NCBI GenBank assembly: GCA_964016885.1
Contig: OZ024742.1
Coordinates: 200,136,001 to 200,200,000, forward strand
Origin: Eledone cirrhosa
Taxonomy: Eukaryota
Reading direction: 5' to 3'
DNA length: 64,000 nt
The notes beneath the pieces were generated by a model that had not been told where the DNA came from, made no database searches, and saw only the letters and a list, made by a program, of their open reading frames with translations. Position numbers and translations under genes: made by a program. How positions within the stretch are numbered: position 1 is the stretch's first letter; the number at the start of each line of letters is the position of its first letter. Shown piece after piece: positions 39,560 to 56,354 of this stretch.

Positions 39560-42000
39560 GGTCGCGTTAGGGGGCGTTTGGAGCTTGAGGGGGGGGGCTA
39601 GGGGGCGCTGGAAGACTCTTTACTTTGGTAAGTTTTATAACCCATATTTGTATGTCTTTGAGACAGCCAGTGTGAATGCATTTGAATGAGCTTGCAGACT
39701 GCATAACTATAGTCTGACCGCAGCTGTGAGCAGGTGTGCAGGCGTGTCTAGACATTAACCGGTAATTGAGATCCTAAAAATGAAAAAACCGATAGTCATC
39801 TGGGTCAAAGGACACTTTGAGCGCAGCCAGTTAGAATCTTATTTTTCCTTCACCGATAACAATTTATTTCATGCCTGAAATTATTGACTCAACCGTAACG
39901 AGTTAACACTATGTAGATCTATTTTATTCCCTATTGTATAAATAATATTACAAATTTAAAAAATTAAAAAACACAGAAGCGGGTAGCACACACATCTAGG
40001 ACCACATACAACACATAAGCAGGTAATACACGCATCTAAGACCACATACAACACATAAGCAGGTAATACAAACATCTAGGACCACATACAACACAATCAG
40101 GTAATACATACATCTAGGACCACATACAACACATAAGGAGGTAATACAAACATCTAGGACCCCATACAACACACAAGCAGGTAATACATACAGTTGGGAC
40201 CACATGCAATACATAAGCAGGTAATACATACATCTAAGACTACATACAACACACAGGCAGGTAATACATAGATCTAGGACCATATACAACACACATTGTT
40301 TCATGTGCTACGGACGACGCAGGAGTAATGGCCGGCCAACATAAGGGCTTCGTCACTCTTCTGAAGAGAGAAAATCTATCTGTATTTGCTGTTCATTGTG
40401 TCATTCATCGACAACACTTGGCTGCGAAGAAATTCAGCAAGCCTCTGAGCAAGTCCTTGTAGGTGGCTATTGATGTCATCAATTTTATCAAACGGCATTC
40501 CCTCAATGAACGAATTTTCCAGCAACTGTGCCCAGATAATGACGAAGAATTCGTCAAGTTGCTCCTTCATACTGAAGTGAGGTGGCTTTCAAAGGGCAAG
40601 TGCTTTACTCACTTCTTTGAACTCTTCAACTCTATCATTGAGTTTCTGCGAGGACGCAACACAGAACTGTGCAAGAAAACCCTCGATGTGAGGCAAGACT
40701 GCACCTACCTCACCAACATCTTCGACAAATGCAATAGCGTCATTTTGGCTTTGCAGGGGAAGAAGATCACCTTGCTTAAAAGAAGGAATGCTGGGAAAAC
40801 ATTCCTGGCCAAATTGAATGTCATCGAAAGGAATCTTTGTTGACGGGAATTCTATAATTTTCCTAGTGTCGCCAATGTTCAAAACATTGTAAGCGATGAC
40901 CAACTCCAAATGTATACCGCTCACCTCCGTGCGCTACAAGACAACATGAGAGAACGGTTTGTCGACCTTTTGCCGATGGACATCCCAATGTGGATAGCAG
41001 ATGCCGTCGACGATTTGGACGTTAAATTTCAGGAAGAATTCATTGAACTTCAAGCAGATGACATGATCAAAATTAGATTTCCCAAAATAGGTGAACCCCT
41101 TTTTGGGATGTAAGAGGAAATTCAGCGTTGATTTCCACACCTACATGCAGAGGCTAAGAGATTTGCTCTGCCTTTTCCAAGCTCATACTTAGTCGAGAGG
41201 AGGTTTGGTGTTGTTTCCAGACTACGCAGTAAGGCTTGCAACCGCTACAATGTAATTACACGTAGAGATCTCTGGTTACATCTTAGGAAAATTCAGCCTC
41301 ACGTCAAAGAGTTAGCTAGACTCCATGAAGCTCAAGGGTCCAATTGAAATGAGTGAAAGTTAAAGTAAGTTGATTCATATGAAAACTTGGATATGCTATT
41401 GTTACAAAGCAAACTAACAATTTTTTATTTGTAGTTGCAGTCTGACTGGACTGGAAACCATCTACTACAATTCAATTACTCATTTGTTGTATATATTTTA
41501 CCATTTATTAATAAATATACCCTACCGCGTGGTCATGAAAACCCTCTTCCGTGGTCTCTAAGCTCACAAAGCAGGAGGACATCAAGTTTGATATCAACAT
41601 TTATTCTGTCCGTTTCATTAAAGGGAAAATTGGAAAGCTTTGAAATGATATAATTGCCACTTTCTTCCAGATAAGAACACTCTTGGGATAGACAGAGTTG
41701 CTCTTGTATAAATGTTCAAAATAGCTGGTATCGCCTGGTGGGAATATAACAAATTCAACTGGTCCTTATTCATAAAAAAGAACATTTATGTTCCTTTTTT
41801 TGAAATTTATATATTTCCTTTCAAGGAATGTATTTATACTCTTAACTGCCTGAATATTGTTAATCAATTTTTTAGTAATCTACTGATATCAAAATCAGTA
41901 GTATATTGAAAAATGGAAAAATAGGGTAGAGGGGTGGTGGCGTTTCGTGATTTCAAGGGACAAAAGGGGGCGTTTGACCTAAATGGGTTGAGAACCTGTG
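39560..42000 (+). mobile_element. hAT (Charlie/Buster-like) transposon with a decayed transposase at about 40303-41346
   Basis: CATDDAGVMAG, FAVHCVIHRQHLAAK, LLLHTEVRWLSKG and LPFPSSYLVERRF (hAT dimerization region). 3' TIR-like GGTTGAGAACCTGTG at 41986-42000 and subterminal AGGGGGCG motifs at both ends. Confidence 0.88.
39994..40295. repeat. Minisatellite with a unit of about 39 bp, 7-8 copies
   Basis: Unit CATCTAGGACCACATACAACACATAAGCAGGTAATACA(C/A/T)A, head-to-tail without spacers. Confidence 0.9.
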
Positions 42001-42232
42001 ATGTAGACCAGTTCTTCTTTTGGGGTAAATGCAATCGATGTCCAGAGAGTGGGATTGGCCCCGTGCAAAAAGTCTTTCTTCACTTAAAAAAAGCTTCAAG
42101 CACAGCCACCGCTTGGTTTGTGACATTTCTTTTAGATGTATGGTATGACTGGGCTTAGGAAAGTCCGTAGAAGAACTATAAAACCACGTCCGTGTTGCTC
42201 ATGTCTAAGTATCAAATTGAGTTGCAGCCATC

Positions 42233-43412
<1,180 letters not shown>

Positions 43413-44299
43413 ATAAAAATCTTCTTGATTAGTGCATAATAATTGTCATGCTCTCATTGTGCGTTGCCCCTGAGCGGTTGGTTCTGGTTGGGGTTGGTTG
43501 GCTGAGCAGTTCTGCTCCATCAGAATGACCAGTGCAAGAAGAATTGGCCGATGCAGCTGCAGGTCTCCTCCAAGAATGCACTTCTGGTCCCGCAACACCA
43601 GACGAAGATGGAGAAGACGACCGGGACAAGATGTCGACTCTGACCACCGACTACGGCACCTCCCTCAACCACCGGTCCTCCCTCCCTCTGTCTCGTCATC
43701 CCTCCAGTCCTCCTGCTCCCCCTTCCTGTACCAGAAAGCTGTGGCACGCATTCATCTGGACTGCCGGACTTGAACTCAAGGACAAGATGCAAGGAGAAGA
43801 TGGATGGGTTGGTCAAGATCAAGGATAAGCGGGACGACAAGACCGTCCGCTGCTACTCAAGATCTGTGCTCATGGGCCCATGGGTCCATTCAAATTATGC
43901 ATGACACATGAGGCGTGTCGCCGAATGATGAAATAGGGGTATGGTTATGGCTCAATTGGTGTTCAAACCAGGATCAAATGATCCCCGGTCTGACGACGAC
44001 CTCTGAATGTCGAACCCAGAGCCTATGAATGTGGAACTCGATTTTTTACCAATAAAAATTTTGCCACTAATATTATTGTAAAATTTTTTATTTCTTGTCC
44101 AATTCTTTAAAGTTTTATCTTAGTTTCTTGTCCTATTCTTTTAAAGTTTTATTTTAGTTTCTTGTCCTGTATTTTTAAAGGTTTATATTCCAACAATATT
44201 ACTTTTTTTTGCTGTACGCATTTTTCTATCTGGTACATATATACATATATATACACAGAGAGAGGAGATAGAGAGAGAGAAAGAAGGGGGTTATATACT

Positions 44300-44356
44300 A
44301 AAGGCTTCCTGATGATTTCATATGAATGAAACAGTTCTAGTCTTGTAGAAGTCTTT
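44300..44356 (+). ncRNA. Type I hammerhead ribozyme with a consensus core
   Basis: AAAGGCTTC-CTGATGA-TTTCATATGAAT-GAAA-CAG(TTCTAGTC)TTG-TA/GAAGTCTTT. 9-bp stem I, 4-bp stem III, GUA triplet. Confidence 0.8.
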
Positions 44357-44451
44357 TTTATATAAACCTCTGTCATCTCTGTCATCATTCTGGTTATTTA
44401 TTGAGTACCTTATTTACTGTGGCTACTCCCGTGTCAACTCGGGATCAGCAC

Positions 44452-44834
<383 letters not shown>

Positions 44835-47800
44835 TTCTGCCCACTCCACACACAACAACACAACCACCACCACCACAACAACAACAACAACAACACAAGA
44901 CACTGTCCCACCCAACCCCTCCCCACCTAAAACAAATACAAAAGCAACCATAACAAAATCCCCAAATATACCCTTCCCCAACAACACGGACGATGACGCC
45001 TTATCAACGTCACCCAGTGACGACGAGGGAGAACCCTTTCAACCTGTAAAAAGAAAGAAAAGAATGCACCACATTAACAAAAATGCAACAAACACACAAC
45101 GACCAGCACAAACAGAACAAACATCACAAACAAAAAAACCCACCCCTCCCGAAAACATAACACATACTACAAAACAACAAACAAAAACAAACACAACACA
45201 ACAAAAACAGTATACATACATCAACACAAACAACAAAACACTTGTGCAAACAATAGACAAAGACCCTTCAGTGGAAACCGAAGGGAAAATGTTCACCAAC
45301 GCGGCGACTAAACCGCATTTAAAAATGATTAGGGTCCCAAGGGATCCCTACGCAATGCTCAAACAGAACTTTCCCGAGGACGTCGGGAACCCCTGTACTA
45401 GACCTAGCAACCGCGTCCTCTTGAAATGTTTCCCCACCACCACCCCATACACCCCTCCCCCACCAAACATCGCCACCCCACCACACACTGATGTCCCCAC
45501 CACATCCCAAACCACCACCCCACCAAACAACCCCGCCGACACCTCCATGGAAATTCTGCAGCCTGGTCCCCAGGAGAAGGACAGGTAGGTGTCTTTTCCT
45601 TTTTCTCCACTCTAAACTCTTCACCACCAACGTGGCTGTTATAAGAGTTGGATGTTTAAATGTGCGCGGCCTGGGGATGTCCTGGAAGCAGGGCAAACTC
45701 TTAAATGACCTCAGGTCGCACAGAATGGATGTAATAGCTATTTGCGAGTCCAGGATCAGCAGCGAGCACCAACTGGCCCCCATCTTCGACGACTTTGAGA
45801 TCTATGCATCTCTCTGTCAGCCGGGGGGGGGGGGGGGGGTCGTTCTGCTGCGAAAACAACTGGGCCTCGCAAACGGAGGGTACACCTGGACCCGGAGGGT
45901 CGACTGGTGGTTCTAGACGTAGGCAGTAGTGAAGGCGGAGCCTTCAGGCTGGTGGCAGCGTATGCCCCATCTGGTACACCGCGACCGGACTTCTTCCAAC
46001 GCCTAGAAACTTTTCTGGGAACGTCTCGCTCCTTGCTTTTAGTGGGGGACTGGAATGGTATCCTGGATGCACGTTGGGACTATGTAGGGGCATGTTCCGA
46101 TATAGGGGGGGGGGTAAATCGGCCGATTTGATCTGGCCTATAGATATCGACTAGATTTTCCGACTATGCCACTGTGGACGTGGACTAATCTCAGCTGAAC
46201 ATCTAGGTCGTACCTAGTTAGAAATAAGGAGAGGGACATATTAAGCTGTCCACGAATGTTCATGGTTGACTATTCGGATCACAAGTTGGTGACCGGAGTG
46301 GTCAACCTTGATAGAACCCATAGACAAGGACCCGGTTACTGGAAGCTAAACTTATCCTTACCGACAAACAAAGCTTACAGTAAGCGGATTAGCACTCTAG
46401 CTAAGCAGCGGTTGACGGGGGAAATTGTCAACAGCAGGTGGTGGGGCTCTCTCAAGAGAGAAATTAGAATAGAATCGATAGGTTTTAGTCAGGAATTAGC
46501 ATCAGATAGGAATAGAACTGAAAGGTAATTGATAGATAGAGTAGAAGAGACGATTAGGAGGGGCAACGTGGCCGGCGTGCTGGCGTCAAGCACGGCCCTA
46601 GACCAGTTCTTTGACGCGAAGCACGAGGGCTGTGTTGTCAGGAGTAAAATACGTGCTCTGGGTAACGAGGGAGCCAAAGCTGTTAGCTGGGCCCGAGTGA
46701 CAGAGGCAAAAAGTGGAAACAAGTCCACGATTCGGTCTTTGAAGGACCAGAATGGACGCGTGATCCTTGAACCTGAGCGGATGTGCGCGACCTTTCAACA
46801 GCGCTTTGCACGACTGTTCGGGAGGGGCGGCAAACGCAAATCTGCTGGTCTCGATGGTCTACCATACGAACTTTATGTAGCGATGCCAGACTTGTTCTCC
46901 GATCTCCTCGAGGCGGTCTACTGCAACTGGCAACAGAACGGGAGAATTCCCAGTTCTGTGACCAAGGGCGTAGTCACGCTGGTGAGGAAGGACGAGAACA
47001 AGGGGGATGACATAGATAACTTCAGGCCCATAACTCTTCTAAACACAGAGTTAAAGATTTTGGACAAGGTGTTAGCAAAGAGGTTGGCGCTTGTCGTCGG
47101 GCGGCAGGCTTCGGACCCGTTTTCAGGGGCTGGATTGCTGCAATGCACAGCAGCAACACCTCTCGGAACCGTTCCAAATCGCGCGATCTATCCGACAGGG
47201 ATGCCCTCTCTCCTCCCTTCTTTATGTGCTGGCTCTCGAGCCACTACTGCGGAAGTTGGAGCGGTTGCAGAGAATCCCCTTGGAACCGGGATTGCGGAAA
47301 GCGGTGTCGGCCTACGCCGATGACGTGACAGCAATGGTGTCGTGTGCCTCGGAAATAGGGCAGATCGGCACCTTACTAGAGGAATACAAAAGGTTTACAG
47401 GAGTCAAGCTGAACCGGGACAAGTCCGTCGGTTTGCAACTCGGAACGTGGAGAAGCAAACCGATGCCCTCCGACGGCGTCGTCGGACGCTGGACGGAAGG
47501 ACCGGTGAAACTGCTCGGGGTCTGGTTCGGACCGGACCTCCAGGTGGAGAAAAACTGGGACGAGGTAACGGGCAGGGTGTTTGCACTCGCCCAGAAGTGG
47601 GCCGAGTGCAAACTATCCCTGAAAGGTCGAGCGGAGGTGGCGAACACTTATATAGTGTCCATCATCTACTACCGCTTGACCGTCGTGCCTTGCCCAGCGA
47701 AAACGCTCTCCAAAATGGAGAGCGCGCTCTTCTGATTTCTCTGGAAGAAGCAAGCGCCTTTGGTGAGAAGATCCATCTGCTGTCAACACCATTCGAACGG

Positions 47801-48925
47801 AGGGCTGGGGATGCCGTGGATGACGATGCGTAGACACGCATTAAGGCTACGGCACCTTCAGGTTTTCCTCACCGGTCAGCCGGTGTGGGTCCCTTTTGTG
47901 AGGCGAACTTTTCCGAGACTCGTCTCACTGACCGAGCTGCAATCCTGGGTAAAGCAAAGACCGAGAAAAGTGGGCGACTGGCACATTGAATGTGCCCAGG
48001 CGCTCACGGCCCTCTGGCAAGCGGTCCGGGAATCAGTGAAGACTCAACCTCAACATTCTATAGAGGGTTGGTGCGCAGCAAGTGCGACGACGCTCTCGGA
48101 GAGGCTCTGGGCATGGAAGAAGACGAGCTAGCCAGTCTGTTCGGTAGGACGTTTGGCCCGGGACCGATGGACAATTTCCAAAAGTCCCTGGCTTGGCAGT
48201 GCTACCGAGGAGCTCTACCCGTTCGGGACAAGCTCTACAGACACGGGCGCCCGGGTAGAGACCCTTAGAAAAAGATCTGTCCGCGATGCGTGCGTGACGA
48301 GGAAACCATCTCGCACGCATTCGTACACTGCCCGGGTGTTGCTGACCTGTGGGGCTATGTGGAACGACTACTGTCGCGGGTGGGACCAATCCGGTTGACC
48401 ACCGAGTACATTGTCACGATCAAACCGCCTCCCTCCTTCAAAAACGAAGGAGAGGCGGTTTTCCTCTGTGTGATAGCTATGGCGAAAGAGGTTGTATGGT
48501 GGACGAGGTTGAAAGGGCTGAGGTCAGACACTTTTCTCTCCGGCCAACAACTGGTCCTTTTTTTCAAGTACTATTTTAGAAGAATGATCAGAATGGAGAG
48601 AGGGGTGCTCTACCCCAGCAAGTTTTATGAAAGGTGGGTGAAAGTGGCGAGAATGGCCCGAGAGAATGGGCCTTCTCTCTATATCAGCCTGTAGGTGAGA
48701 GAGGAGAGGAATGAGAAGAGGAAGGGATCACCCGCTCAGGAGGAGGGTTGCACATTTTTTTCGGGTGTGTGTGCGACCCACGTCAACGCCCCCTCCCTAT
48801 TGAGGACTTCGATTGTTGAATTTGATTTGTTATATGTTTTTACACGTCCCTTGAAATGTATGTAAACTCCCCCTCTTGTATTTGTCCCAATCTTTGATGC
48901 CTTGGTGGCAAATAAATAGAAAGTT
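44835..48925 (+). mobile_element. L1/Tx1-clade LINE: ORF1 C-terminal part plus a disrupted ORF2 (APE endonuclease, RT, Zn finger)
   Basis: CLNVRGL, DVIAICESR, AYAPSG, VGDWN, SDHKLV, GPGYWKLN, KSAGLDGLPYELY, FRPITLLNTELKI, IRQGCPLSSLLY, AYADDVT and CPRC...ETISHAFVHCP. 3' end GGCAAATAAATAGAAAG plus (TATC)n. Internal deletions and stops. Confidence 0.93.
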
Positions 48926-49031
48926 ATCTATCTATCTATTTATATATATATATAGATAGATATAGATATATATATATATAGATATATATATATATAGAGA
49001 GAGAGATAACTTTCTATTTATTTGCCACCAG

Positions 49032-49097
<66 letters not shown>

Positions 49098-49159
49098 AAT
49101 AATAATAATGATGATTTCATTTATTAGCCACACGGGCCGACATGTAGGGGAGAATACTA

Positions 49160-49440
49160 ATAATAATAAAGACGATTTGTTATGTCTTCATTACATCTAT
49201 TGAGTAGTGACGCGCGTTTCGCTATTGATCAGCTCACGGTCCGATCTATATCGATCTAGCCCGACTCTGGAATCAAAAGCTCGTCGGACATTACCACAGC
49301 AGAGGTCCGACAAGCTTTTGATTCTAGATCAATACGGGCTAGATCGATACAGATCGAACCTCGAGCAGATCAATAGCGAAATACGCGTCATTACTCAATA
49401 AGCGCAATGAAGACATAAGAAGTCGTCGTTTTTATTATTA
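49160..49440. repeat. Imperfect palindrome carrying two long-stem-II U4C hammerhead motifs (49207-49289 -, 49304-49392 +)
   Basis: Minus copy: GT-CCGACGA-GCTTTTGAT...ATCAATAGC-GAAA-CGCGCG-TC/AC, with palindromic ACGCGCGT and a GUC triplet. The plus copy is decayed (CCGACAA, TACGCG). Confidence 0.7.
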
Positions 49441-49712
49441 TTATTATAACTCTGGATTGATGCGGTTGATTGGCAATATCGGTGGAGGGTCGGACGCCAT
49501 GCTTTCCAGTATAGTTACGTCTCTTTACGATCTGATTTCAAATCCCGCCGAGGTTGACTTTGCCTTTCATCCTTACGGGCTCGATAAAATAAAGTACCAG
49601 TAATGCACTGGGTAATTGCTGGCCTTGTGCCAAATGTAGAAACAATTATTATAATAACTCTGCTTAGTTCTACATTTCTATATCGATTGGAAATTAAGCA
49701 TCGAGTGTTCCC

Positions 49713-51822
<2,110 letters not shown>

Positions 51823-52322
51823 ATATATATATATATTGGTAAAAGGAAAAGAAAATGCTGACAAATTGTTCCCAGTGAAAAATAGTTTAATTAGGAATAA
51901 GTAAAAATTAGTAATAGTATTGGTTAGTATTCAGTTTTGGTTTTAAGTTTCACCGGTTGCGCATTTCTAATGCTTTTCAAAAATAATTTTGAGATAGAGT
52001 GCCCGTAATGTTTGCTCTAATCTGATTAGTTTTGGAAATTCTACCTGTTTTATGTAAAAAAAAGTGGCTCCAGATGTATGAAAAAATTATTGTGGTCAAA
52101 ACAATTTTGATTGGTCGGCAGAGGTCATGTGAATGTTAAAAATTGATTTTGCGCCAAAAGTAGGTTTGTCTCGGCTGATTGAGAAGTCACTGAAAAATAA
52201 GTATTTCAAGACAAATATGTGTGTGTGTGTAGTAGTAGTAAAGAGGTTCGTTGTTGTGATAATGGTCAGCAGGGATGTGTGTGCGAACCGCAGCCTGTTG
52301 ACAGTTCAAATGCCTATTAAGA

Positions 52323-52365
<43 letters not shown>

Positions 52366-52472
52366 CAGAGTAATTCGTGGTAGAGGGATGGTCAGTAGGA
52401 ATGTGTCTGTACGTGTGTGGGGGATATTTTAACATGTTAAAAGATATTTTTCAGCTCTTGTCTTATACGGAG

Positions 52473-52559
<87 letters not shown>

Positions 52560-52627
52560 TCTCTTTGTATGTTAATGTACGCGTGTGTATGTGTGTGTGT
52601 ATCTATATATGTGTGTGTGTATATATA

Positions 52628-52658
<31 letters not shown>

Positions 52659-53111
52659 ATGTGTGTGTGTGGGTGGACCAGTATTTTTGTGATACTGGTA
52701 AAAATGGTGTACATTATTCGATATTTTCAGTAAAAACGATTCTCTCAATAGAACATCAAAAACCTTAATAATAAAAGGTGTGAAATGATATATAGTATTG
52801 GCATAATACCAAGGTGTGTGTGAGTGTCCAGATTGTACGTACCGCAAGGGGAATCCATTAGGCCTTGCCGTATTGGAATATTTGTGTACAAATATGTATG
52901 TGCCCATCAGTGTGCAATGCATGTGTGCGTATATGTATATGTGTGTGTCGGCACGTTTATATCTATAGACATCAAAAGGTATGCAAATTTGTGTATATTT
53001 GTGGTGCACCATAGAACATGTGTGTTTACGTATGTCATTGTGTTTATATGTGGATAGAGATGTATGCTGATGTAGGTATGTATGTTGACGTGTGTATGTT
53101 GTGGGTTCGTC

Positions 53112-54885
53112 TTAGGGAGAAGTGTTTAGACGGGGGTCCGTATTTGTTAATAAAGTGAGATTCCTTGCTGATGCGCTGGGTGTGGGTGGCATTATCTTTA
53201 AATTTGTAGAGGGGAAAGATTCTGAAATTGGGATGATTTTGGGCGGCACAGGTATCAATGTGTTCACTCTGTGGTATTTTCCTGTAACCCGTATTTTAAT
53301 TTTGGATCTATGGACAGTCATGCGTTGGCGGAGGCTGTTTTTTGTCTGCCCTATGTATTGTTCTCGACAACCTGAGCAAGTTAATACATATATTAGATTT
53401 TCTGATGCGCATGTGAAATTGTGTTTTACTATAAAACGTTGTCCTTCTTTGAAATAGAATTCCGAACCCTCTATTAGGTTGATGCATATGCCACAGTTGG
53501 GTCTATCGCATTTTTTTACTGTGGGTTTCGTTGTTGTGGTTGGCAGTACTTTGGCATGTGTTAGGATGTTTTTCATTGACTTAGATTGTCTTTTGCTCTT
53601 TATGATATCGTGTGTTCGTAGGATTTGGTTCATTCTATGGTCCTTTTTCAACAGAAGGATGTTCTGGAGGATGGTGTCAAAGGCCTCATTGTTGAGGGGG
53701 TTGTGTGTGGAGATGTATGGAAGAGCTTTTAGTTTCGATTGATTTACTTTAGGGTGTCTAAGGTCCTGGGTACTGAGTTTTAGGGCACGTTGGATTCCAT
53801 TGTCAATTAATGATGCAGGGTAGTCCCTGCCTATGAGTGTGTCCTTTAGTTCTTGTAGCCGTAAGTAGCAGGTGTTTTTATTGGAGACTATAGTACAGAT
53901 TCTCTTGGCTAAGTTGTAGGGAATATTAATTTTAACGTGTCTAGGGTGGCAAGAGTTGAAAGGAAGATATTGTTTGGAGTCTGTGGGCTTGTAGTATATG
54001 TCTGTTTCTATTTTTTTGTTATGGATCTTAATGAGGATGTCGAGGAAGTGGAGTTGTTGATGGCTGTATTCCATCGTGAAGTTAATATTCGTGTTGAGTC
54101 CATTTATAAGGGTCTGAAATTCTTTAAGTTTCTCGATATTTTCGTGCCAAAGGATGAAGCAGTCATCTAGATATCGCTTCCAGTTCCTTTCTATGTGTAA
54201 GTGGAGAGTGTTTCCAAATTTGTTAAGTACTTTAGTGTAGAGGGTGATTTCCAGGTATCCCATGACTAGGTTGGCATATGTGGGGGCTGTTTTCGGCCCC
54301 ATAGCGGTCCCAGTTTTCTGCCTGTAGGGTTTGTTATTGAAAACGAAGTAATTGTTCTCCAAGATAAATTTGAGTCCCTCTATCACGAATTCTTTTTTGA
54401 TGCGTTGTGGGAGTTCATTGTGGTAATTATCCAGCCAGAATTGGATAGCTTCTATTCCTAGGTTGTGGGGGATGTTGGAGTATAGGTTGACTACATCGAA
54501 CGTCACTAGTAGGGTTTGTTCAGAAAGGGGCATATTAGGGAGGTGATTGAGCATATCTAGGTCGTCCCTTATATAGCTTTTGATGTGTTTGAGAAAAGGC
54601 TTGAGAAGGGTATCAATGAAGTTGCTAAGGCGGTGGGTTTCGAAAGCGGGGCCTGCTATTATAGGTCTTAATTTGAGATCATTGGGTGAGGGGACATTGA
54701 TGACTATGTCTGTGGGGCTTCCTTGCATGCCTTACTTATTAATTCGCTTTTATGTACTTTAGGGATACCGTAGAAAAGGTTGGATTTACTTGTGAAGTCT
54801 GTGATGAAGCTGAATTCCTTGTTAGTGAGTCCTTCTTTGTATTGGTTGATCAGAGTTTTTAGGTTTCTCATAATTTTCTGTTGAT
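53112..54885 (-). mobile_element. Penelope-like element (Neptune-type) RT plus GIY-YIG ORF, 5'-truncated
   Basis: FYGIPKVHK upstream of the ORF, then LRPIIAG, LVTFDVVNLYSNIP, GTAMG, APTYANLVMG, WKRYLDDCF, FLDI, YYKPTD, YLPFNSCHP, linker CxxxxCxxC and NLIYVLTCSGCREQYIGQT. Confidence 0.93.
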
Positions 54886-55659
54886 TGTAGTGTTATATAT
54901 ATATATATACCTACACACACACTCAAGCCAAAACCGCTTGGCGCCGCGGTCGGAATTTTACATATTTCTCTCTATAAATATATTATGTATGTGTGTATGT
55001 GTAGGTGTGTGTGTGTGCGTGTGCATGTGTATGTGTGTGAGGAGAGAAGTAGAGTTTTACAGAGAGGTATACGTGTGTTTCATAGGGAGGTGTATAATGT
55101 ATAGGGGTGGCTCGGGTGTTCCGCTGCCGATTGTAAAATGACGAGGTCGACTCTCCGACCAGGTGGGATGTTGTGTCCTTGAACAGGAAACTTTATTTCA
55201 AGTTGCTCCAGTCCACTAGCTGGGAAATATATGTGGTACATGTAATTCAAGAAGATGGTAATGACGTTGTTTCGACGACGCCGACCATGATGATGATGAT
55301 CATCATCATGGTTATGAGGATGATGGTGATGATGATGATAACATTGACGATGATGATGATAAAAAAGAAGAAACATTAAAAGCAGACGCACATGTGTACA
55401 TAGTTATGATTGTGTGAATGTGTGTATATACATAGATGTTAGTGTGTATTTATGCGTGCATGTGTGTGCGTGTATGTGTGTGTAAGTGTGCATATTAATG
55501 TGTGTATATGTGTATGCGTTTGAAAAATAATATACCTGTGGGTTGTCTAATAGAATGCGTGTGTCAGAATGCATGTCAGTATGTGTGTTCGTGTGTTGCT
55601 GCTTACATACTTGTGTGTGTGTGTGTGTCTGTGTATGAGTGTGTGTGTGTGTATGTGTG

Positions 55660-56050
55660 TGTGTGTGTGTCTGTGTATGTGAGAGTGTGTGGGTGTATGA
55701 GTGTATGTGCATGTGTTTGTGCGTGTATGTGAGCGTATGTGGGTGTGTCAGTGTTTGTGCGTGTATGTGAGCGTGTGTGGGTGTGTGAGTGTGTGTGCGT
55801 GTGTTTGTGCGTGTATGTGAGCGTGTGTGGGTGTATGAGTGTATGTGCGTGTGTGGGTGTGTGAGTGTGTGTGCGTGTGTTTGTGCGTGTATGTGAGCGT
55901 GTGTGGGTGTATGAGTGTGTGTGCGTGTTTGTGCGTGTATGTGAGCGTGTGTGGGTGTGTGAGTGTGTGTGCGTGTGTTTGTGCGTGTATGTGAGAGTGT
56001 GTGGGTGTGTGAGTGTGTGTGCGTGTGTTTGTGCGTGTATGTGAGTGTGC
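55660..56050. repeat. (TG)-rich minisatellite
   Basis: Repeats of GTGTTTGTGCGTGTATGTGAGCGTGTGTGGGTGTGTGAGTGTGTGTGC-like units. Confidence 0.85.
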
Positions 56051-56302
56051 GTGAATGTGTTGTCTGTATAAGTTTTTGAATGTGTTCGATAAATAGAGAA
56101 CGCGCCTGTATGTATGTGTGTGTTTGGGATTGCGTATGAGTTCATGTATACATGTGTGTGTATGTGTGGATGAGCGATTGCATATATATGCAATTGTGCT
56201 TGTGCGTATACTTCTATGTGTGTGCGTGTGCGTGCGTATGTATTCATGTGTGGTGTGTGTGCCTACGTTTATGAATATATATATATATATATATATATGA
56301 TA

Positions 56303-56354
<52 letters not shown>

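Noticed and set aside
39994-40295. 39-bp repeats resembling a CRISPR array
   Set aside because: The units are contiguous with no unique spacers, there are no cas genes, and the context is eukaryotic.
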